NCBI GenBank assembly: GCA_964247135.1
Contig: CAXTTL010000131.1
Span: 1-13,731, forward strand
Direction of reading: 5' to 3'
DNA from: an uncultured Deinococcales bacterium
Lineage (GTDB): Bacteria > Deinococcota > Deinococci > Deinococcales > JAAFIG01
DNA: 13,731 bases
Below are positions 8,276 to 13,731 of this stretch, piece by piece. Position numbers and translations under genes: made by a program. The notes beneath the pieces were generated by a model that searched no databases, had not been told where the DNA came from, and saw nothing but the letters and a program-made list of their open reading frames with translations. Numbering within the stretch: the first letter of the stretch is position 1; every line of letters starts with the position of its first letter.

Positions 8276-9778
8276 ATGCGAATGGCTGGTATCACCCAAG
8301 CACTCGGTTTTGTATTGATTGGCGGCTTGGCACTGGCGCAAGTTGCCAACCGACCCGACCCCGTGGTCTTGTTCGTCAACGACCTGCCCGTGTTTGAGGG
8401 CGAATACAACCGCGCCCAAATCGAGAACCCAGCCGCCGCGCTGCCCGCCAAAGGATTCTTTAAAACAGACCGCAACAACCTGGCACTGGCAAGCGTGGTC
8501 AAAACCCAAGCCATTCAAAGTGATGCCAGCAACATCGAAGTCAGCAGCAGCGAAGTCGATCACGACATCAACGACCTGATGAAACAAAACAACTGGGATT
8601 TTGGGGAGTTTAAACAAAACATTGAAGCCGCCGGTTACAGCGTCGAAAGTTACCGCCGCCAAATCCGCCAACAACTGCGCAGTGAACGCCGAATCGTCCA
8701 AATCAAAGACCAAGTCAGCCTCAGCGCCGAAGAACTCAATTTATATTACAACCTCTTTAAAAACCGTTACGCCAACAACGGCAAAGTTTTGCCACTCTCG
8801 CAAATCAAAAACCAAGTCGAATTTGATGCCAGAACTGTCAAAACCAACGCCACACTCGAGCACTGGTATCAAAAACTGATGAAAGGCGCCACACTTCGCG
8901 CCCCAGAAAACTCGAGTTTGGAAGTGTATAACCCCATTGTTGCCAAGATGGGAAAAAGCGAAATTGACCTTTGGACGTTAAACCATGCCGTTTACAACGA
9001 TCCCAGGTTTACAGTGCTGCAAAGCGGCAACCAAAACCTGGCAAATGAACTTCAAAAACTAAAAACCAATATCCTCGAGCAACTGATCAACCAATGCGCC
9101 GCCCTCGAGTTTGCCCAAAAAAGCGGTCAACCATTTGTTGGGCAAGGACAAGACTTGCTGGAGGCGGTGACCAATTACAAATTACAACACCTGAGCGTCA
9201 CAGATGCCGAAGTCAAGCAGTACTATCAAACCAACAGCGCCAGCTTTCAAACCCCAGGCTTGGTCAGCTTCAAAACCTTTGCTTTCGTCAACACCAACAC
9301 CGCCAACGCGTTCCGAAACGAACTGATTCGCAGTGGGCGCCCAGTCGAAAATCTTGCCCGCAAATACAGCCAAAGCTCGAGTCAACTGATTCAAGGCACC
9401 ACAAACCAACTGAACCCAAGCGTCAAAAAAGCCATCTTTGATCAGAAGCTCAGCAGGGTCAAAAACGGTTTGATCACACCAACCACCAAAATGAACGGCA
9501 AGAACCTTGTGTTTTTTGTGCAAAACATTCAATACCCAAAAACACCAAGCTTTGATCAAGTCAAAACCCAGGCTTTACAAAAAACACTGGCATACAAACG
9601 TCAAACGACCACCCAGACCTGGCTGCAAAACGCCCGCAAAAGCCTCAAGCTCGAGAATCAACTACAAGCCATTCAAAAAGATTCTGAAGCCCGTGGAAAC
9701 CGCAGTGGAAGCATCGCTGCGACCCAATCAAATCCAATTCCCAAACCAGAACCCAAAACCCCAATCCTTCAACCCTAA
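8276..9778 (+). CDS. SurA/PrsA-like exported foldase with repeated SurA-N-like regions and a degenerate parvulin-like region
   Basis: Signal peptide, two SurA-N-like blocks (PVVLFVND...YRRQIRQQL and PIVAKMGKSEI...ILEQLINQ), two S/T-x-x-E-x-x-x-YY motifs, LARKYS and PSFDQVK. Leaderless TAAAAT-N7-ATG. Confidence 0.75.
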   Translation: MRMAGITQALGFVLIGGLALAQVANRPDPVVLFVNDLPVFEGEYNRAQIENPAAALPAKGFFKTDRNNLALASVVKTQAIQSDASNIEVSSSEVDHDINDLMKQNNWDFGEFKQNIEAAGYSVESYRRQIRQQLRSERRIVQIKDQVSLSAEELNLYYNLFKNRYANNGKVLPLSQIKNQVEFDARTVKTNATLEHWYQKLMKGATLRAPENSSLEVYNPIVAKMGKSEIDLWTLNHAVYNDPRFTVLQSGNQNLANELQKLKTNILEQLINQCAALEFAQKSGQPFVGQGQDLLEAVTNYKLQHLSVTDAEVKQYYQTNSASFQTPGLVSFKTFAFVNTNTANAFRNELIRSGRPVENLARKYSQSSSQLIQGTTNQLNPSVKKAIFDQKLSRVKNGLITPTTKMNGKNLVFFVQNIQYPKTPSFDQVKTQALQKTLAYKRQTTTQTWLQNARKSLKLENQLQAIQKDSEARGNRSGSIAATQSNPIPKPEPKTPILQP

Positions 9779-9811
9779 ACAGCTCAACTCGAGCTGGCAA
9801 AACACGCACGA

Positions 9812-9840
9812 TTGACACGACAACCTCGAGCACATATAAT
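9812..9840 (+). promoter_or_regulatory. Consensus sigma70/SigA promoter of tRNA-Lys
   Basis: TTGACA (9812-9817), 17 bp, TATAAT (9835-9840), 29 nt upstream of the tRNA. Confidence 0.9.
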
Positions 9841-9869
9841 CTCGAGCGCTGCCCAAGAAGGGCATGAAT

Positions 9870-9945
9870 GGCCTGTTAGCTCAGTCGGTAGAGCAGCTGA
9901 CTTTTAATCAGTGGGTCGCTGGTTCGAATCCAGCACGGGCCACCA
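9870..9945 (+). tRNA. tRNA-Lys (anticodon UUU)
   Basis: 76-nt cloverleaf: acceptor GGCCTGT/ACGGGCC, D arm GCTC..GAGC, anticodon arm GCTGA-CTTTTAA-TCAGT, T loop GGTTCGAATCC and encoded CCA. Confidence 0.98.
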
Positions 9946-9981
9946 AACAAAACCTCCGTCACTGACGGGGGGTTTTTGTTT
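9946..9981 (+). terminator. Intrinsic terminator after tRNA-Lys, probably bidirectional
   Basis: AACAAAACCTCCGTC-ACT-GACGGGGGGTTTTTGTTT hairpin with A/T tracts on both sides. It also faces the convergent integrase gene. Confidence 0.85.
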
Positions 9982-10006
9982 CTCGAGAAGCTCGAGAAAT
10001 GCTAGA

Positions 10007-10045
10007 TTTTGCCCTTTTTTGCCCCGTGGATGTAACGCGGATGTA
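10007..10045. repeat. Tandem short direct repeats, candidate integrase arm-type sites
   Basis: TTTTGCCC at 10007-10014 and 10017-10024, and GGATGTA at 10028-10034 and 10039-10045, between the tRNA and the integrase stop. Confidence 0.5.
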
Positions 10046-10055
10046 GTAGAGATTT

Positions 10056-11447
10056 TTAGTTCAGTGGGAGGGCTTGAAACGTCCGTGCTGGAACGGGCGT
10101 TTCAAACAAATCCACCACATGCTGACGGCGTTCAGACTCGAGCACATGACGATATACGTCCAACGTGATCGAGACTTTCGAGTGTCCAAGTACCTTGCTG
10201 ACCACTTCAATCGGCATTCCTCGCCGTAGCATCAGTGTCCCAGCCGTATGCCGCAAGTCGTGGGGTGAAATGATCGGCAGGGCAGCACCAGATCGAATCA
10301 CCAACTCGAGTTTGGCGCGGTGAACCCATGCAATGGCTTTGAGTCGATCTTTAAAAGCCACTTGGTACTCAACCCAGATTTTTTTACCCCTTGCATCTCG
10401 CTCGCCCGAATCACGTTTTCGGGTGATGGGTTCAGTCGTGGACCACTCGAGTAATCCTTTTAAGGAACGGTCAAGGTTATCAGGGTGCGTGTATGTGCCA
10501 AGGGTGGTGGCAAACACTGGGGCATCCTCACGGAAGGCAATGCCATTTGCCTCCAATTCAGCGAGTTGTGATTTTCGTTGCCACTCGAGAACCGCTTTGA
10601 GACTTGCGGGAATCAGCACCTCTCGAGTGCCAGATACGGTTTTGGTCGGACGCATCTCGAGCTTGCCGCCTGGTGTGGTGAGGTTTTGCTTGACTTGCAA
10701 TAAATCATTCTCGAGATCCAAGTCACACCAGCGAAGTCCCATTACCTCGCCACGACGTAAACCAATTGAAACACAGGTAAAGAGCGCCGACCACAAACGG
10801 CAAGAGTCAATGGCATACAGGGTTTCACCCAATTCATGTAATCGAGCCACCTGATCGAAGTCCAAGGCGATCCCAGGATGTTCGGTGCGGCTGACCTTGA
10901 CACGTTTGACCGATTCTGTTGGATTGATGGTAATCAACCCGTCAGCCACCGCCTCACGAAAGACTGCCCGCAAGCGTGTGCGGATGTGCGCCAGTGTGCG
11001 GCTCGAGGTCATCCTGCCAGCACCCATGCCACTTTCTGCGGGTGTGACTGCGAGTTTAGCAAGGGTGTCACGGATGTGAAACGCTTTGACTTCTCGAGGT
11101 TTGAGTGTGCCGATGTATTTGAGTGCCGCAGCCAACTCGCGTTGATACGAGATTCGAGAATTGGTGGAGAGGTTGGTTTGACGCTCGAGCCAGGTTTGGG
11201 CGTATTCGTTTAAGGTGGACTTGTCGGGTGGGGCAAGCAAACCTTTTTGATGTGCAGTGATTGCACCAGCGAGGGCTTTGGCGGCAGCGGTTTTGTCTTT
11301 TTCCGTGCCAGCTCGAGCGATGCGTTTTCCATCTTGGTCATAACCCAATGTGACCTGCCACGACCACTTACCGTTATCGCGCTCCCAGATAGTTCCAAGA
11401 CCGTTTGCCTTATACTTTGCTTTTCGTTCCGCTTTCTTTTTTGCCAT
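10056..11447 (-). CDS. int: Tyrosine recombinase / phage-type integrase
   Basis: Arm-binding-type N-terminus (NGLGTIWER..GKW), core-binding region, and catalytic R (GLRRGE), K (PTKT), HDLRH, LGHS and Y (TLDVYRH). SD GAGGTG. Confidence 0.96.
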   Translation of the reverse strand: MAKKKAERKAKYKANGLGTIWERDNGKWSWQVTLGYDQDGKRIARAGTEKDKTAAAKALAGAITAHQKGLLAPPDKSTLNEYAQTWLERQTNLSTNSRISYQRELAAALKYIGTLKPREVKAFHIRDTLAKLAVTPAESGMGAGRMTSSRTLAHIRTRLRAVFREAVADGLITINPTESVKRVKVSRTEHPGIALDFDQVARLHELGETLYAIDSCRLWSALFTCVSIGLRRGEVMGLRWCDLDLENDLLQVKQNLTTPGGKLEMRPTKTVSGTREVLIPASLKAVLEWQRKSQLAELEANGIAFREDAPVFATTLGTYTHPDNLDRSLKGLLEWSTTEPITRKRDSGERDARGKKIWVEYQVAFKDRLKAIAWVHRAKLELVIRSGAALPIISPHDLRHTAGTLMLRRGMPIEVVSKVLGHSKVSITLDVYRHVLESERRQHVVDLFETPVPARTFQALPLN

Positions 11448-11655
11448 CTTCGATCACCTCGAGTTTGATTCGCACACCAAGAAACTCGAGCAAGTCCTTT
11501 CCAGTTTCGGTCAGCAAGGATTTTCGACCTGTGAAGTACGGGTTGACCGCTTGCCGATTGATGTTCTTGCTCGAGGCAAACGCCGCTTGTGTTTGTTTGC
11601 GGGTTTGCATGGCTTTATTGATTTCGTCGATCAGTTGTTTTTCAATGTCTCTCAC
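11410..11655 (-). CDS. Small XRE/Cro-like HTH DNA-binding protein
   Basis: 81 aa with TQAAFASSKNINRQAVNPYFTGRK HTH-like pattern. Overlaps the integrase start by 38 nt. GTG start lies 6 nt after TGcTAAGTT (extended -10). Confidence 0.75.
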   Translation of the reverse strand: MRDIEKQLIDEINKAMQTRKQTQAAFASSKNINRQAVNPYFTGRKSLLTETGKDLLEFLGVRIKLEVIEDGKKESGTKSKV

Positions 11656-11661
11656 CTCCTG

Positions 11662-11716
11662 AACTTAGCAGACTGTCAATCCTTTGCGTTGACAGTAAAC
11701 CTTCCAGGTTTACAAT
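11662..11716. promoter_or_regulatory. Divergent promoters overlapped by two inverted-repeat operators
   Basis: Plus strand: TTGACA 11689-11694, 16 bp, TACAAT 11711-11716. Minus strand: extended -10 TGcTAAGTT 11670-11662. Inverted repeats ACTGTCAA-N9-TTGACAGT (11672-11696) and GTAAACCT-N3-AGGTTTAC (11695-11713). Confidence 0.7.
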
Positions 11717-11739
11717 GAGAGCACTTGTGGAATGGGAAG

Positions 11740-11955
11740 TCAAGCGCTCGAGTCACCAAATTTCAGTTGCTCGAGTTCCCAACGCTGCAATGCTTCAATT
11801 GGAATGCGAATGACGGGACGACGACTGTTCGGATCACCCAATTTGATGGCAGGCAAGCGCTTCTCTGCGATTTCTTTGTAAATCATGCGACTGTGAACTC
11901 CAAACCGACTGGCTGCCGCGCCGACAGAAAGATATTCTCGAGCTTCACCCATCAC
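11740..11955 (-). CDS. xis: Excisionase-like winged-HTH protein (recombination directionality factor)
   Basis: 71 aa with YLSVGAAASRFGVHSRMIYKEIAEKRLPAIKLG..IRIP, the typical excisionase/HTH_17 pattern. SD AAAGGAG. Close to the integrase. Confidence 0.85.
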   Translation of the reverse strand: MMGEAREYLSVGAAASRFGVHSRMIYKEIAEKRLPAIKLGDPNSRRPVIRIPIEALQRWELEQLKFGDSSA

Positions 11956-12077
11956 TGTTCACGCTCCTTTGCATCGGAAAGTGTTTGACACCGACGCTGA
12001 TGTCAGGGTAGTGACCGACTGGGATGCTCGAGTTATCATGTTTGCATCAGGCGCTTGAGTTATTGAGTGCAACAACT

Positions 12078-12117
12078 AAAAATAAGGATAGACCAGCCAA
12101 TAAAAGCGGCTGGTCTA
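12078..12117 (-). terminator. Intrinsic terminator of the cargo operon
   Basis: Perfect 10-bp stem TAGACCAGCC-N9-GGCTGGTCTA (12089-12117), followed on the minus strand by TCCTTATTTTT, 18 nt after the stop at 12136. Confidence 0.75.
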
Positions 12118-12135
12118 AACCTCAAGCACTGAATT

Positions 12136-12684
12136 TTAATCGCGTTGACCAAAATGAAATTGTCGTTCGGCTGGAGCATCCACCAAAATCTTACCTGTTC
12201 GCGGCGCTGAATTACCTTCAATTGGAGTTACGCATTTCTCTCGTTCGCACACTTTGAACCCGTCCCAGGCAGCCCAGTAAGTCGGACTGGAAAGAAGATT
12301 CCAAACACCCGTAAAGGTTTGACCATCGTCAGCAAGGGTGAACACGAACTCGCCACCTCGAGCATCGGCGGGCGCATCACCGTCTGGTTCGTTGGTCAAC
12401 CAATTGCCATTCCACGGATTTGACCACCAGCGCCCCTCCCAAACGCGACCATCGGCGGACAACAAACCGTACAACACCCAAGCGTGAAATCCTGAACCGT
12501 CTTGAATGCCTTCCATCCGCACGAAAATCTCGTTGTGGGCATTGACAATGTTGCCACCATAACGAATCCGCAATGGGATTCCTTTTGGCGTGTTCAACAT
12601 CTCACCGTTTTGTACATTCTGCCAGGTTGCTGCCCAAATTCCTTCAAACGATCCTTGCAACCCTTCTGTAACTTCGTGTGGCAT
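12136..12684 (-). CDS. Hypothetical Trp/Gly-rich beta protein, paralog of 12724-13263
   Basis: 182 aa, SD AAGGAGG, three motif blocks shared with the upstream ORF. Confidence 0.85.
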   Translation of the reverse strand: MPHEVTEGLQGSFEGIWAATWQNVQNGEMLNTPKGIPLRIRYGGNIVNAHNEIFVRMEGIQDGSGFHAWVLYGLLSADGRVWEGRWWSNPWNGNWLTNEPDGDAPADARGGEFVFTLADDGQTFTGVWNLLSSPTYWAAWDGFKVCEREKCVTPIEGNSAPRTGKILVDAPAERQFHFGQRD

Positions 12685-12723
12685 AGCAGCCTCCTTGATC
12701 CAGCTTGGATCTGAGCTTGGAGT

Positions 12724-13263
12724 TCAGAACAATCCCGATGGCGGTGTCACAATAACAGTTAGCAAATCTCGAGCGGGGAAAGGTGGCGGGTTAAAGCTTT
12801 TGCGATAACGCGGGTTGTGACTGATTTTCCGACCATCCCAAGGAAACCAGTTTGTCGGTTGCGAGGAGATATTAAAACCACCTGTGAATGTTTTTTCATC
12901 TGGGCTGAGTTCAAAGAAGAACTGCCCGCTTTGGTTGAGGAAACTGTCGTTTCGCAATTCACTGATTGGACCGCCACCGTTGTCGAACCCGTTCCACATT
13001 GGTCCCCAAAAACGTCCAATCAGAACGCGCTCCTCGAGGTCTGTGCGAGCATACGAATTCCACTGTGGCTTCAAAAATGGCACGCCATCGGTGTAGCTCA
13101 ATGGCTGATTGCCCTTGCCTGAGTAGTAGATAAAATTTCCGCGCTGCCCAAGGCGCAAAAGGGATTCAATACTCATTGCGGTACGTGCCTCTCGACTGAG
13201 AGTGTTGTCGTTGCGATTCACACCTGCAAACGTTTCTTCCCACGTGCCTTCAAAGTTTCCCAT
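12724..13263 (-). CDS. Hypothetical Trp/Gly-rich beta protein, paralog of 12136-12684
   Basis: 179 aa, SD GGAGG, three motif blocks shared with the downstream ORF. Confidence 0.85.
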   Translation of the reverse strand: MGNFEGTWEETFAGVNRNDNTLSREARTAMSIESLLRLGQRGNFIYYSGKGNQPLSYTDGVPFLKPQWNSYARTDLEERVLIGRFWGPMWNGFDNGGGPISELRNDSFLNQSGQFFFELSPDEKTFTGGFNISSQPTNWFPWDGRKISHNPRYRKSFNPPPFPARDLLTVIVTPPSGLF

Positions 13264-13309
13264 GTAATCCTCCGGTGTTAGAATCTTTGGAATGCTTGAG
13301 CCTGTCTGG

Positions 13310-13729
13310 TTATTTTGCCAGTCCCTCGAGCTGTTTCATCTGTGCCTCGAGTTTCTTCATGGCATTTGCCAATTCGCCATGAATATTGCGAGCGGCTTCC
13401 AAACGGGTTTTGTAATTCGGTGAGCCGTTGCTGTCTGTTTGAAACCAAAATGCTGGCTCTAATTGTGCGAGACCCTTGGTCGGAACAATTTGGACGAGCG
13501 AAGCGATCATTCCATCGTTCAGATATCTGGAAACTGGATCACCTGGATCTCGAATCGGTCCAACACGAATTGGAACGTCCTCCCACAGTCCAAGGCTTTG
13601 CGCGAACTGAACAATTTTGAAATTCCGCATCATTAGAAAGACGATGTAGGCTTCCCAACTTTTGGTTTTGTACTGTTCGCAGTCAGCTTCAGACCTGCCA
13701 GAATTGAGACACGCATAGTATTGCTTCAT
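13310..13729 (-). CDS. Hypothetical protein with C-terminal coiled coil (may be 5'-truncated by the window edge)
   Basis: At least 139 aa, co-oriented with the two paralogs (46-nt gap). Heptad-like end ELANAMKKLEAQMKQLEGL. The ATG is 2 nt from the edge, so the true start is uncertain. Confidence 0.75.
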   Translation of the reverse strand: MKQYYACLNSGRSEADCEQYKTKSWEAYIVFLMMRNFKIVQFAQSLGLWEDVPIRVGPIRDPGDPVSRYLNDGMIASLVQIVPTKGLAQLEPAFWFQTDSNGSPNYKTRLEAARNIHGELANAMKKLEAQMKQLEGLAK

Positions 13730-13731
13730 TT

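Larger units (their letters stand above)
70..13351. repeat. Dispersed highly iterated palindrome CTCGAG
   Basis: About 84 copies counted by eye (first at 70, last at 13346) against about 3-4 expected for a hexamer in 13.7 kb. Confidence 0.95.
9946..13731. mobile_element. Integrative element / genomic island at or next to the tRNA-Lys 3' end (far boundary outside the window)
   Basis: Tyrosine integrase ending 110 nt from the tRNA and convergent with it, adjacent HTH and excisionase-like genes, then unrecognised cargo. The second att copy is not visible, so the boundaries are inferred. Confidence 0.8.

Noticed and set aside
3564-9778. Base-skew switch near 5200 as support for an origin
   Set aside because: The visible C/A richness follows the coding strand of each gene, and the window is too short to separate this from replication skew.
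11725-11988. 87-aa plus-strand ORF behind the plus-strand promoter
   Set aside because: It has a TTG start, overlaps xis antisense along its whole length and has no recognisable features. Antisense RNA is the simpler reading, although translation is not excluded.
12024-12257. 77-aa plus-strand ORF
   Set aside because: It crosses a terminator hairpin, overlaps the cargo gene antisense and has no clear SD.
70-13351. CTCGAG sites as cloning or ligation (XhoI) artefacts
   Set aside because: Conserved ORFs read through the sites intact and in all three frames, with no sign of chimeric junctions.
70-13351. A longer 8-bp iterated palindrome such as GCTCGAGC or TCTCGAGA
   Set aside because: Only about 24 of 84 sites extend to an 8-bp palindrome, close to the 25% expected by chance.
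10056-13731. Prophage
   Set aside because: No structural, replication or lysis genes are visible, so only a generic integrative element is supported.

Overview
Bacterial chromosomal window, probably Deinococcota. That is an inference from leaderless TANNNT-N5-7-start gene starts, an HspR/HAIR operator and the gene types. Left part: start of a GT2 glycosyltransferase, a HAIR-controlled Hsp20, a Cys-rich secreted protein of about 600 aa and unknown function, a small hypothetical gene and an M32 carboxypeptidase. Middle: an intergenic cluster of DnaA boxes around an AT-rich core with no dnaA nearby, then trpF, pheA, a LysM/M23 peptidase, a SurA/PrsA-like foldase and tRNA-Lys(UUU). Right: an integrative element next to the tRNA 3' end, with a tyrosine integrase, an HTH regulator, an excisionase-like gene, an operator-covered promoter pointing antisense into xis, and a cargo operon holding two paralogous Trp/Gly-rich beta proteins. 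The strongest window-wide signal is the palindrome CTCGAG: about 84 copies by manual count against about 3-4 expected. It occurs in all reading frames, in promoters and in a terminator stem, so it behaves like a highly iterated palindrome.
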